From NCBI GenBank assembly GCA_934129945.1, contig CAKOXC010000002.1, forward strand, positions 53,747-117,746: a DNA stretch of 64,000 nt. The letters run 5' to 3'. The stretch is from an uncultured Bacilli bacterium. GTDB taxonomy: Bacteria; Bacillota_I; Bacilli_A; RF39; UBA660. The notes under the pieces are model-generated. The model was not told the DNA's origin. It saw nothing but the letters and a program-made list of their open reading frames with translations, and did not search any database. Below are positions 18,067 through 27,492 of this stretch, piece after piece; within the stretch, counting starts at the first letter, position 1, and each line of letters opens with the position of its first letter. The position numbers and the translations under genes were made by a program.

Positions 18067-20595
18067 TTATAATTTAAAATCATCTAAGAAATCATCCATT
18101 GTAAATTCTTTAACTTCTTCTTTCTTGACTTGAGATTCTTCAATACTCTCTACTGGTTTCTTTTTAATATAAGATTTTTTTTCTGTTTTAATAAATATTT
18201 CTTCAAGATTATATTTAGAAATAGAAGAACCAGTTGAAGCTAAATCCATTATTGAAATATCACTATTTTTAATTTCTTTTATTTCATTATCAAATTCTAA
18301 ACATATAATATCTCTTGAATTAGTAATAAAAGCTTTAATTATATAATAAACAGCCGATTTAACTTTTTTCATCAGTAAATTACCTTTTTTAGCTCTACTT
18401 AACGTAGTAAGTTCTGATATTTTAATTCTTTTAGCTGTTCTATTGTTAGTAAATACGTTCAAATATTCATCATTATCACTAAAACTACTTAAACTTACTA
18501 ATTCATCATCTTTTAAATTAATTCCTTTAACACCAGCAGCTTTAGGGCCAACAACAGGTATTTCTAAAGAATTATATTTTAAGTAATAACCATTTTTCGT
18601 AACAAGAACGACATTAGTATTGTCTTTTTCTACACTTACAAGTTCATCATCGTCTTTTAATTTAATAGCAGTGATTGGCTTAGAATATCTTGAAACAATA
18701 AAGTCTTCTAATTTAGATTTTTTTACTAAACCATTTTTAGTTGCAAGAATAATAATATCATCTTTATTTTCTAATACTAATGAAGAAATTATCTTTTCTT
18801 CTGGAGAAATCATTACAACACTATTAACATGCTTTCCAAGTTCTTTCCATTTAACTTCTGGTATTGCATGAACTGGAATAAATAAATATCTACCTTGGTT
18901 TGTAAATAAAATAATATTATCAAGAGTACTTACTTCATAGAATCCCTTAACAAAATCTCCTGGTTTCATCATTGTTTTTTCACCATTTGATGAATTATAA
19001 CTTTTAAGACTTACTTTTTTAATATATCCTTCGTTTGTTACAATAACAATAACATTTTCTTTAGGAATCATACTCTTCATATCAAGTTTAATTTCAGTAA
19101 TTTCATCCTTAATTTCAGTACGCCTTTCATTACCGTATTCTTTTTTAATAGCTTTAAGTTCTGTCTTCATAACATATTTTAAAGCGTCTTCATTATTAAG
19201 AATTTGAGTCCAAACACTAATATTTTTTTCTAACTTAGCCATTTCTGCTTTGATTTCTTCAATATCAGTATTCGTCAAGCGATATAATTGTAATTCTACA
19301 ATAGCTTTAGCTTGATCAAATGTAAATTCATACTTACTAACCAAGTTATTTATAGCATCACTTTTATTCTTACTAGCTCTAATTGTAGCAATTACTTCAT
19401 CTAAAATACTTATTGCTTTTAATAATCCTTCTAAAATATGAAATCTAAAATTTGCTTCATTTAGATCAAATCTAGTTCTTCTTGTTATTACTTCTTTTTG
19501 ATGAGCTATAAAAGCATCTAAAATATCTAATATTCCAACTAATTTAGGTCTTCTATTTACAATAGCAACCATATTAAAATTATAATTTATCTGTAAATCA
19601 GTGTTTTTATATAAATAATTTAATATAAGTTCAGCATCTGCTTGAGGTTTAAGATCTATAACAAGTCTTGCTAAATTAGCATGATCTGATTCATCAATAA
19701 CATCATTAATTCCTTCAATTTTCTTATCAGCTTTAATATCAAGTATTTTTTTGACCAATTGTTCTTTAACAACTTCATAAGGTATTGAATGAATAATAAT
19801 TTGTTTCTTATTTTTACTTGTTACTATTTCTGCTTTAGCTTTAACAATAACTTTTCCTTTTCCTTTAGTATAAGCTTCTATTAATCCAGTTTTACCTTCA
19901 ACAACTCCACCTGTTGGAAAATCAGGACCTTTTAAGACTTCCATAACTGTTTCAAGACGGCAATTAGGTGAATCTATTCTCTTTATTGTAGCATCTATTA
20001 CTTCACTTAAATTATGAGGCGGTATATTTGTAGCATAACCTGCTGAAATACCTGTAGATCCATTTACTAAAAGATTAGGAAATCCTGCCGGCAAAACAGT
20101 AGGTTCTAATTCAGTATCATCAAAGTTATAAGTCATTTCAACTGTGTCTTTTTTTATGTCTTTAAGCATAACTTCAGCAAACTTCGATAATCTAGCTTCT
20201 GTATAACGCATAGCTGCTGGCCCATCACCATCAATTGATCCATTATTACCATGAATATCTATAAATGTTTCACGCATCTTCCATTTTTGGCTCATACGAA
20301 TTAAAGCGTCATATATAGAAGAATCACCATGTGGGTGAAATTTTCCCATGATATCTCCAACTGCACGAGCACTTTTACGATATGGTTTATCATATGTAAA
20401 ATGAGATGCAAACATAGCATACAAAATTCTTCTTTGAACTGGTTTTAAGCCATCACGAACATCGGGTAATGCTCTTTCTTGAATAATTTCTTTTGAATAT
20501 CTCCCAAAGCAAACTCCCATTATTTCTTCTAAAGAATAATCATATATTTTTTCAACTATAGTTTGTTCTTCTTTTTTCTTTGCCATGTTTATCAC
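18067..20595 (-). CDS. parC: DNA topoisomerase IV subunit A
   Basis: 842 aa. Active-site region RALPDVRDGLKPVQRRILYAM (Q rather than GyrA-type H). No GyrA-box seen. Immediately downstream of parE. Confidence 0.8.
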   Translation of the reverse strand: MINMAKKKEEQTIVEKIYDYSLEEIMGVCFGRYSKEIIQERALPDVRDGLKPVQRRILYAMFASHFTYDKPYRKSARAVGDIMGKFHPHGDSSIYDALIRMSQKWKMRETFIDIHGNNGSIDGDGPAAMRYTEARLSKFAEVMLKDIKKDTVEMTYNFDDTELEPTVLPAGFPNLLVNGSTGISAGYATNIPPHNLSEVIDATIKRIDSPNCRLETVMEVLKGPDFPTGGVVEGKTGLIEAYTKGKGKVIVKAKAEIVTSKNKKQIIIHSIPYEVVKEQLVKKILDIKADKKIEGINDVIDESDHANLARLVIDLKPQADAELILNYLYKNTDLQINYNFNMVAIVNRRPKLVGILDILDAFIAHQKEVITRRTRFDLNEANFRFHILEGLLKAISILDEVIATIRASKNKSDAINNLVSKYEFTFDQAKAIVELQLYRLTNTDIEEIKAEMAKLEKNISVWTQILNNEDALKYVMKTELKAIKKEYGNERRTEIKDEITEIKLDMKSMIPKENVIVIVTNEGYIKKVSLKSYNSSNGEKTMMKPGDFVKGFYEVSTLDNIILFTNQGRYLFIPVHAIPEVKWKELGKHVNSVVMISPEEKIISSLVLENKDDIIILATKNGLVKKSKLEDFIVSRYSKPITAIKLKDDDELVSVEKDNTNVVLVTKNGYYLKYNSLEIPVVGPKAAGVKGINLKDDELVSLSSFSDNDEYLNVFTNNRTAKRIKISELTTLSRAKKGNLLMKKVKSAVYYIIKAFITNSRDIICLEFDNEIKEIKNSDISIMDLASTGSSISKYNLEEIFIKTEKKSYIKKKPVESIEESQVKKEEVKEFTMDDFLDDFKL

Positions 20596-22506
20596 CTACT
20601 TCCTAAAATCGTCTTCCAATGTAAAGTCAACATTTTCATTAATCCATTCTTTACGTGGTTCAACCTGATCTCCCATTAAAACATGAATTCTTTTTTCTGC
20701 TAAAGCAGCATCAGTTATTGAAACTCGCATAAGTCTTCTATTAGCTGGATCCATAGTTGTTTCATAAAGCTCATCAGCATTCATTTCACCAAGTCCTTTG
20801 AAACGTTGAATCTTTGTTGTACCTTTAATTTTCTTCTTCATTTCTTCTAATTCTTCATCTGTAGCTATATATTCTTTACCATGAGATGTTTCAATTGAGT
20901 ATAAAGGTGGTGTAGCAATATAAAGCATTCCCTCTTCAATTAAAGGTCTCATAAAGCGATAGAAGAATGTTATTAATAATATTTGAATATGAGATCCATC
21001 AACATCGGCATCGGTCATTATTATAATTTTTCCATAATTACTTTCGCGATAATCAAATTCTTGACCAAGTCCAGCACCAATTGCATATTCTATTAGTTTT
21101 AACTCAGCATTACCATTTATTTCATTTGCACTTGCTTTTTCACAATTTAAAACTTTACCACGAAGTGGAAGTATTGCTTGAGTTTCTCTATTTCTAAATA
21201 ATTTAGCTGAACCACCGGCACTATCTCCTTCGACTAAGAATAATTCGTTTTTCATATAATTTTTTCCTGTAGCTCTTGCTAATTTTTCACTAACTACTTT
21301 TTCACGAGTATTCTTACCTTTACCATTACGGGCAGCTTCTCTTGCTTTTCTTGCGGCTTCACGAGCTAACTTACTTTTTTGAGCTTTTTCAATAATATTC
21401 AAAGCTATTTCTTTATTTTCTTCTAAAAAGAACTTAATGTTATCATAAGTTATTGTTTCAGTAACATTACGTGCTTCTGGAGTACCAAGTTTACCTTTAG
21501 TTTGGCCTTCAAATTGTAATAGATTTTCCGGTATCTTAAGACTTATAACAGCAGTAAGTCCTTCTCTAACATCACTACCATCAAAAGACCCATCTTTCGT
21601 TTTAATCAAATTATATTCTTTAGCATAATCATTAAAAGCTTTGGTAATACCTGTTTTAAAACCAACTTCATGACTACCACCATCACCAGTTTTAACATTA
21701 TTAACAAAAGATATTATACTTTCATTGTAGGAATCAGTATATTGTAAAGCTATATCTACTTCAATAGTATTTTTCATTCCTGTATAATGCAATACTTTAT
21801 TCAAAGTGTTTTTGCCTTCATTAATATATTCTACAAAATTAGTAATACCTTTTTCATAGTGAAAATGGGCTTCTCTCTTATCAAGTTCATCAATTACATC
21901 AATAGTTAGACTAGGTAGTAAAAAGGCACTTTCTTGCATTCTTTCACAGATTGTTGTATATGAGAAATTACAATTTTTAAATATTGAATAATCTGGTAAA
22001 AAAGTAACTGTTGTACCAGTCTTTTTAGACTCACCAATAGTTTTTAAAGGAGATTCTACTTTACCACCATCACAAAATCTAATATTAGATATTTTACCTT
22101 CACGATATATTATTATATCCATTCTTTTAGATAAAGCATTTACTACAGAGCCACCAACACCATGTAGTCCACCAGATACTTTATAATTACCTTCTTCAAA
22201 CTTACCACCAGCATGCAAAATAGTATAAATAACTTCTGGAGTTGATTTACCACTTTCGTGCATACCAATAGGTACACCACGGCCATTATCTGATATAGTA
22301 ATTGACATATCTTTATTTAAAGTAATTTTAATATGATCTCCATAGCCATTAATTACTTCGTCAATAGAATTATCTACTATTTCCCAAACTAAATGATGAA
22401 GTCCACGTTTATCAGTAGATCCAATATACATACCAGGTCTTTTTCTAACAGCTTCAAGTCCTTCTAATATTTTTATAGACGATGCATCATATTTTTTTTC
22501 TGCCAT
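20596..22506 (-). CDS. parE: DNA topoisomerase IV subunit B
   Basis: 636 aa. GHKL ATPase plus TOPRIM motifs (GLHHLVWEIVDNSIDE, EGDSAGG, PLRGKVLN). Confidence 0.8.
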   Translation of the reverse strand: MAEKKYDASSIKILEGLEAVRKRPGMYIGSTDKRGLHHLVWEIVDNSIDEVINGYGDHIKITLNKDMSITISDNGRGVPIGMHESGKSTPEVIYTILHAGGKFEEGNYKVSGGLHGVGGSVVNALSKRMDIIIYREGKISNIRFCDGGKVESPLKTIGESKKTGTTVTFLPDYSIFKNCNFSYTTICERMQESAFLLPSLTIDVIDELDKREAHFHYEKGITNFVEYINEGKNTLNKVLHYTGMKNTIEVDIALQYTDSYNESIISFVNNVKTGDGGSHEVGFKTGITKAFNDYAKEYNLIKTKDGSFDGSDVREGLTAVISLKIPENLLQFEGQTKGKLGTPEARNVTETITYDNIKFFLEENKEIALNIIEKAQKSKLAREAARKAREAARNGKGKNTREKVVSEKLARATGKNYMKNELFLVEGDSAGGSAKLFRNRETQAILPLRGKVLNCEKASANEINGNAELKLIEYAIGAGLGQEFDYRESNYGKIIIMTDADVDGSHIQILLITFFYRFMRPLIEEGMLYIATPPLYSIETSHGKEYIATDEELEEMKKKIKGTTKIQRFKGLGEMNADELYETTMDPANRRLMRVSITDAALAEKRIHVLMGDQVEPRKEWINENVDFTLEDDFRK

Positions 22507-22795
22507 TTTATCACTACTCTCTATTTAATTCTCTTTTTCTATTCTAAAATAAAAACCAGTAAAAAATCAAGTTTTTCACTAGCTTTTTATTCTTTTTATT
22601 CTCATACCCTAGTAAAAGTATATCAAATTTTTAACTTTTTTTCAAATTTAATTAATGCCATAATTAATTTTCCCTGAAAATTTTAAAATTAAAATTTTTA
22701 GGATTTTCTTCCACTTTTTCCATCCCTTGCTTTAAAAAAAAGAGCGAGGAGTGTTCTTAAAAGCAAAAGGGTTAAATTTGAATCAAAGATTCAAA

Positions 22796-24694
22796 TTACT
22801 TTGTAAGAACTAGGCGAAGTCCAATGCCACCATCGGCACCACCAGTGTGATGAATGAAGGAGAACTGACCCGCAAGTACACCATTGCCGTAACGGCCGCC
22901 TCGATGGAACCAAGAGTACGAAGAATTGGCAAAGTAAGAATTGTCAGCATACCAACCATTGTGTGGGCGATTATTACTATCTGCATCTTGATAATAATAA
23001 AATGGTCCCATCTCTCCTGTTGCATCTCCTAAGATTCTCTTACTATATGTTGTCCAATCACTATTTGCATCATATTCATCATAATATTTAGAATTGTATG
23101 ATTTTAATGATGAACTATCAAATCCTGAATCCTTATACGTTTCACTTCTAAGTGATGCCATATACTCCAAAGCTCCACCGCTCATATCATATATTCCTGT
23201 TATATTTCCTGTTGTACTTGCTTTATATCCTGTACTTGTATTATATGGTAAAGTTACACTTGCATCTGTTCCATAGGTTCCGGGGACTTTGGTTTGATCA
23301 GCACTATCTGTTGCTGCATATCCTGTTATGTAATTTGAATTATTATTTATTCTAACTTCAGTATTTATTCCATATTTTGAATGAGATAGATATGCTACTG
23401 CTCCCCATTCTGTATTTTTCATCATATGTGAGTCATTATCTCTTTTATAATTATATGCTGTTTCAAACATTGTTTTTACATTTATATTTCTTAATGATGT
23501 TTGATTTGGTTTTACTGTTATATTTGCTGTACTTCCGGTTGTTTCAAATTTTGCTACCCATAATCCATTTGTATTCATTGAAATAAATGCAGGTGAAGTC
23601 ATATAATCTCCAACCTTACAATTACCACTTGCTCCACTTGTCATTGGTGTTGTACATTCTCCATTATTTGAATCATTTGTATTTGTTGTGCCAAATTTTA
23701 TTTGAATTTCTTTTGCATTACTTGTCGTTGGCTTACTAGATGTATACCCATCAGTTTCACCTAAATTAAATATTTGATATGAATATTTTGGTATCCATAC
23801 AAAGTATGATTCAATATTATCTTCTGGTATTGTATCCCCATTATTATATATTTTAGAACTATCTGCTAAAATAACTGCATTGGCCCATTTCTTATCTTCA
23901 TATTTATACCACTCTATATTAGTATCTGCCTTTGTTACTGTTCCATCATCAGCTATTGCTACTGGTATTAAATTATCACTTAATACTGGATCTGTTCCAT
24001 TAAGTAATGCTTCTTTGTATTCAGCTTTAACGCTAGAATCAGTACTACTTGTTACTATTACTTTACCAGTAAATGATTTACCCATAGTTGATAAATCTTC
24101 AACACTTTCATCCATCCAAACATATAGTTTATATGTCTTTGACTGTCCTTTTGATACTACAGAACTATTATCACTATTCATAGTAGCTTTTGTTAGACTT
24201 CCACTAGTTAATATATATGAATTTAATATATTGTAAGTATTATTATTTTCATCAGTATAAGTATAATTATTATATTCATCATATTTTTTTGTACTTCCTA
24301 TTATCTTAGGACCTACTGTGTTGCCTTTTTCGTCAACCAGTTTGTAATCAAGATAATTATCTAAATCACTACTTCCAGTAGTGTTTAATGTTACATTATA
24401 ATACATATCAATTGAACAATTATTAGTTATTGTAAAAGTATATGGGGTATTTTTCATTGCATCAGTTTCGCTCATCGGATAAGTATTTGTTAAATTAATT
24501 GGATTTTCATCAGTTAATTCAAAAGAAAAACATCCACTTTTTATTTTATTAGTTGATTTTTGAGCATAATTTTTTTGCCAATATGCATAAGATACACCTG
24601 TAAATATTACCATAATAAATATAAATGCTAAAACTCCGATTAATGTTATTGGTAATATATTATCTTTATTAAATTTTAAATTTATTTTTTTCAT
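22796..24694 (-). CDS. Ser/Thr/Asn-rich membrane-anchored surface protein with C-terminal FGE-sulfatase (SUMF1/DUF323)-like domain
   Basis: N-terminal TM (ILPITLIGVLAFIFIMVIF). C-terminal motifs GIYDMSGGALEYMAS, HRGGRYGNGVLAGQF, GIGLRLVL resemble the FGE fold (DMxGNVWEW, RGGSW, GFRC). Start is one of three consecutive ATGs at 24694-24700 after SD AGAAGG. The 3' ~250 nt are strikingly GC-rich. Confidence 0.5.
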   Translation of the reverse strand: MKKINLKFNKDNILPITLIGVLAFIFIMVIFTGVSYAYWQKNYAQKSTNKIKSGCFSFELTDENPINLTNTYPMSETDAMKNTPYTFTITNNCSIDMYYNVTLNTTGSSDLDNYLDYKLVDEKGNTVGPKIIGSTKKYDEYNNYTYTDENNNTYNILNSYILTSGSLTKATMNSDNSSVVSKGQSKTYKLYVWMDESVEDLSTMGKSFTGKVIVTSSTDSSVKAEYKEALLNGTDPVLSDNLIPVAIADDGTVTKADTNIEWYKYEDKKWANAVILADSSKIYNNGDTIPEDNIESYFVWIPKYSYQIFNLGETDGYTSSKPTTSNAKEIQIKFGTTNTNDSNNGECTTPMTSGASGNCKVGDYMTSPAFISMNTNGLWVAKFETTGSTANITVKPNQTSLRNINVKTMFETAYNYKRDNDSHMMKNTEWGAVAYLSHSKYGINTEVRINNNSNYITGYAATDSADQTKVPGTYGTDASVTLPYNTSTGYKASTTGNITGIYDMSGGALEYMASLRSETYKDSGFDSSSLKSYNSKYYDEYDANSDWTTYSKRILGDATGEMGPFYYYQDADSNNRPHNGWYADNSYFANSSYSWFHRGGRYGNGVLAGQFSFIHHTGGADGGIGLRLVLTK

Positions 24695-24799
24695 CATCAT
24701 ACCTTCTACTCTATAAATTATTATACTAAATAAGGAATAGTAATTCAACTGAAAAACTATTTTAAATTACTAGAAATTGTTATATTTTCACCATTAAAT

Positions 24800-24846
24800 A
24801 CCGTATAATGGTATTTGCTGGTGAAAATCAATAAAAAACTCTATCA
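24800..24846. repeat. near-perfect 19-bp inverted repeat TTTTCACCA(TT)AAATACC-tataa-GGTATTT(GC)TGGTGAAAA
   Basis: Read directly; no adjacent T-run, so more operator-like than terminator-like. Confidence 0.5.
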
Positions 24847-24878
24847 GTTAAGATAAAGTTTTCAGGCATTTTCAACCG

Positions 24879-24972
24879 AGATTACTTATAACTCGCACCA
24901 CTCGGAAGCGACTAACATTTCGCGATTGGAATCACTTATAACCCGCACCATCCATAAGCGGCTAACATGTTC
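24879..24972 (+). repeat. two tandem ~44-nt relatively GC-rich direct repeats (about 85% identical) separated by 7 nt
   Basis: R1 GATTACTTATAACTCGCACCACTCGGAAGCGACTAACATTTCG; R2 AATCACTTATAACCCGCACCATCCATAAGCGGCTAACATGTTCG. The internal 4-bp stem TCGC/GCGA versus CCGC/GCGG shows a compensatory change. Confidence 0.5.
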
Positions 24973-24978
24973 GAATAA

Positions 24979-25980
24979 TTATTTTTCTATGTAATCAATT
25001 CCTAAATGTTCATAAGCTTTTTTCTCTGCAACTCTACCACGTAGTGTTCTTTTAATAAAGCCTTCTTGTAATAAATATGGTTCTATAACATCTTCAATAG
25101 TAGTCTGTTCTTCCCCAATTGATGTAGCAATAGTAGCAACACCTACTGGACCGCCATTAAATTTATTAATTAAAGCAAGTAAATACTCTTTATCTATGGC
25201 ATCCAGTCCTAAATCATCAACCTTTAGTCTTTTTAGAGCATCCATAGTTATTTCTTTAGTTATAATACTACCATTTTCTACTAAAGCAAAATCTCTAACT
25301 CTTTTAAATAATCTATTAGCTATTCTAGGAGTTTTTCTACTTCTTTTAGCAAGTTCAATTACAGCGTCTTCTTCAATTGGCATTCCAAGTACTCGACTAG
25401 TTCTTTTAATAATATTTGCAAGTTCTTCTGTAGAATAGTAATTTAGTTTTGAAACAATACCAAAACGATCTCTTAAAGGTGAAGATATATCACCAGAACG
25501 AGTTGTTGCCCCAACTAGTGTAAATGGTGGTAAATCTATTTTTAAACTTCTACTTTTTCCATCTGTTCCAATTATTATATCAAGTTCAAAATCTTCCATT
25601 GCTGGATATAATATTTCTTCGATATATCTAGGCATTCTATGAATTTCGTCTATGAAAAGCACATCTCCTGGTTCAAGATTAGATAATATTGCTGCCAAAT
25701 CTCCTGGTTTTTCTATTGATGGACCACTTGCGGTTTTTAGATTACTCCCAAGTTCATTAGCAATAATATGAGCTAGTGTTGTTTTACCTAAACCAGGAGG
25801 GCCATAAAGTAAAACATGATCTAATACTTCATCTCTCATTTTACATGCTTTAATAAAAACTCTTATATTTTCTTTAACTTCACTTTGTCCAACATATTCA
25901 TCTAAATATTCAGGTCTTATATTGTTTTCAAAATTATCAGTTGTTATTTCTTCTTGATCTAATATTCTTTCTTCCATCAT
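24979..25980 (-). CDS. ruvB: Holliday junction branch migration ATPase RuvB
   Basis: 333 aa, Walker [10 protein letters not shown], RuvB family. Confidence 0.9.
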   Translation of the reverse strand: MMEERILDQEEITTDNFENNIRPEYLDEYVGQSEVKENIRVFIKACKMRDEVLDHVLLYGPPGLGKTTLAHIIANELGSNLKTASGPSIEKPGDLAAILSNLEPGDVLFIDEIHRMPRYIEEILYPAMEDFELDIIIGTDGKSRSLKIDLPPFTLVGATTRSGDISSPLRDRFGIVSKLNYYSTEELANIIKRTSRVLGMPIEEDAVIELAKRSRKTPRIANRLFKRVRDFALVENGSIITKEITMDALKRLKVDDLGLDAIDKEYLLALINKFNGGPVGVATIATSIGEEQTTIEDVIEPYLLQEGFIKRTLRGRVAEKKAYEHLGIDYIEK

Positions 25981-25988
25981 ATCATTCC

Positions 25989-26552
25989 TTATTTCAATAA
26001 TAATTTAAGTGCTTCTTTTATTTGTTGCTCAATCTTTAATTCACTACTGATGTTAGGTAATATCCTTTTAATATCTTGTCTCTTATAGCCAAGAGCTTCT
26101 AGAGCTTCAATTAATTCATTTAAACTATCATCAGTTGTATCCTTTTTATCAAAATCTAATTTTCCTTTTAAATCTAAAATAATTTGTCTTGCTATTTTTT
26201 CACCAATTTTAGGAAACTTTGTTAAATATAAAATATTTTCTCTATCAATAGCATCAACTATTCCAGACACGCTACCTGTAGCAAGCATTGGCATAGCCAT
26301 TTTAGGCCCTAATCCCTTAACCCCAATTAGTCGCATAAATAAATCTTTTTCTTCTTCACTTTTAAAGCCATATAAACTATATTCGTCTTCTCTAATATAG
26401 TTATAAAGATAAACTTTAAAATTTTGTCCTATTTCAAAGCTAAATGGGTTAGCAACATATATTTGATAACCAATTTTGTTATTATCTAAAACTATATAAT
26501 TACTTTTTGCATCTATAATTGTTCCTTGTATATAATTGTACATTACTATCAC
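25989..26552 (-). CDS. ruvA: Holliday junction DNA helicase RuvA
   Basis: 187 aa. HhH region [10 protein letters not shown], adjacent to ruvB. Confidence 0.85.
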   Translation of the reverse strand: MIVMYNYIQGTIIDAKSNYIVLDNNKIGYQIYVANPFSFEIGQNFKVYLYNYIREDEYSLYGFKSEEEKDLFMRLIGVKGLGPKMAMPMLATGSVSGIVDAIDRENILYLTKFPKIGEKIARQIILDLKGKLDFDKKDTTDDSLNELIEALEALGYKRQDIKRILPNISSELKIEQQIKEALKLLLK

Positions 26553-26624
26553 ATCCTATTTAATAGTAACATAAGAAACTTTGTTCGTCAATTAGTGAAA
26601 GAAAAAATCACGATTTTATCGTGA

Positions 26625-26966
26625 TTAGTTTCTTTCTTTAACTTTGTATTCTCTACGCATTCCTTTAATGAAGTTAAGTTTAGCACGTCTAACAAGACCT
26701 TTTTTAACTACTACTATTTTATCAATAGTTGGAGCGTTAACTGGGAATATTCTTGTAATACCAATTCCATAAGATTTTTTACGAACTGAGAAAGTTTCAG
26801 AAACTCCACTACCTTTTTTAGCAATTACTAATCCTTCAAAAGCTTGGATTCTTTCTTTTTTACCTTCTTTTACCCATACATCTACACGTACAGTATCTCC
26901 AACACGGAATTCAGGAATATCTTTTTTAATGTGCTTTTCATTAATTTTATCTACTAAATTAGCCAT
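26625..26966 (-). CDS. rplS: 50S ribosomal protein L19
   Basis: 113 aa. DIPEFRVGDTVRVDVWVKEGKKERIQAFEGLVIAKK matches L19. Confidence 0.9.
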   Translation of the reverse strand: MANLVDKINEKHIKKDIPEFRVGDTVRVDVWVKEGKKERIQAFEGLVIAKKGSGVSETFSVRKKSYGIGITRIFPVNAPTIDKIVVVKKGLVRRAKLNFIKGMRREYKVKERN

Positions 26967-27051
26967 TATATATCTTCCTTTCTATAAATATCTTGTATAA
27001 TCATAAAAATATATTTCAGCGGATTATATGTGCTTTTTAACAAGCAAATGT

Positions 27052-27080
27052 ATTATATCAAATAAACTTTGAAAATGCAA
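27052..27080 (-). promoter_or_regulatory. sigma-A promoter for rplS: TTGCAT-17-TATAAT
   Basis: -35 at 27075-27080 and -10 at 27052-27057 on the minus strand. ~80-nt leader may correspond to an L19 ribosomal leader. Confidence 0.5.
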
Positions 27081-27096
27081 ATAGATATTTTAAAAT
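27069..27096 (+). promoter_or_regulatory. sigma-A-like promoter TTGAAA-16-TAAAAT on plus strand, back-to-back with rplS promoter
   Basis: Hexamers at 27069-27074 and 27091-27096. Drives the short plus-strand transcript ending at terminator 27179-27214. Confidence 0.4.
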
Positions 27097-27103
27097 TGCA
27101 TTA

Positions 27104-27214
27104 CAATAAAGTTTATGTTATTATTAATTTAGTGAGAAGCAGATTTCTTTAGGGAATGATGCTAACCACATGGGTTATGCATCTTTATTCAGTCAGAATA
27201 AAGATGCTTTTTTT
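27104..27214 (+). ncRNA. candidate ~110-nt small RNA delimited by promoter and strong terminator; convergent with small hydrophobic peptide gene
   Basis: No convincing ORF (longest about 22 codons without SD). Ends 1 nt from the stop codon of minus-strand peptide ORF. Confidence 0.35.
27179..27214 (+). terminator. strong intrinsic terminator: 12-bp stem GCATCTTTATTC/GAATAAAGATGC, 5-nt loop, T7
   Basis: Read directly. Confidence 0.7.
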
Positions 27215-27215
27215 A

Positions 27216-27308
27216 TTATACTAATATAAATATCAATTTATAAATTATATATAATAATATGATTATTAAGATAAATAATCCGAAGATTAAAAAATCTTTT
27301 TTAGTCAT
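27216..27308 (-). CDS. 30-aa hydrophobic peptide MTKKDFLIFGLFILIIILLYIIYKLIFILV (candidate type I toxin-like / small membrane peptide)
   Basis: Strong SD AAAGGAAGTGA 6-9 nt upstream of ATG. Consensus promoter TTGAAA-16-TATAAT about 95 nt upstream. Not in the ORF track (too short). Confidence 0.45.
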   Translation of the reverse strand: MTKKDFLIFGLFILIIILLYIIYKLIFILV

Positions 27309-27400
27309 ATATAATCACTTCCTTTACTACTTTTAAACCCCCTGAATTAAATCCCTAGATAAGAAAGTGATTAGCATCTTTTTCTGCTTCTCGAAAATGT

Positions 27401-27428
27401 ATTATATAGTAATTTTTTGATATTTCAA
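27401..27428 (-). promoter_or_regulatory. sigma-A consensus promoter TTGAAA-16-TATAAT for small peptide mRNA
   Basis: -35 at 27423-27428, -10 at 27401-27406 on the minus strand. Confidence 0.5.
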
Positions 27429-27465
27429 GGCTTTCGACAAATACTGACAAATGTTTTATTAAAAC

Positions 27466-27492
27466 ATTAAAAAATTAGCAATTTTTGCTAAT
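27466..27492 (-). terminator. intrinsic terminator after orf120: ATTAGCAA-aaa-TTGCTAAT + T6
   Basis: Read on the minus strand immediately after the stop at 27493. A second perfect palindrome AATGTTTTATTAAAACATT lies at 27449-27467. Confidence 0.6.

Noticed and set aside
18067-22506. gyrB-gyrA as alternative call for the type II topoisomerase pair
   Set aside because: The A-subunit has KPVQRR (ParC-like, GyrA has KPVHRR) and no GyrA-box. The context is not origin-proximal (no dnaA/dnaN/recF). Called parE-parC.
22810-23032. Long overlapping ORFs on both strands at 22810..23032, 23094..23586, 42626..42965 and 43139..43358
   Set aside because: They arise because the 3' ends of the FGE-domain genes are unusually GC-rich (few stop codons in any frame). 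The surface-protein reading frame explains the region.
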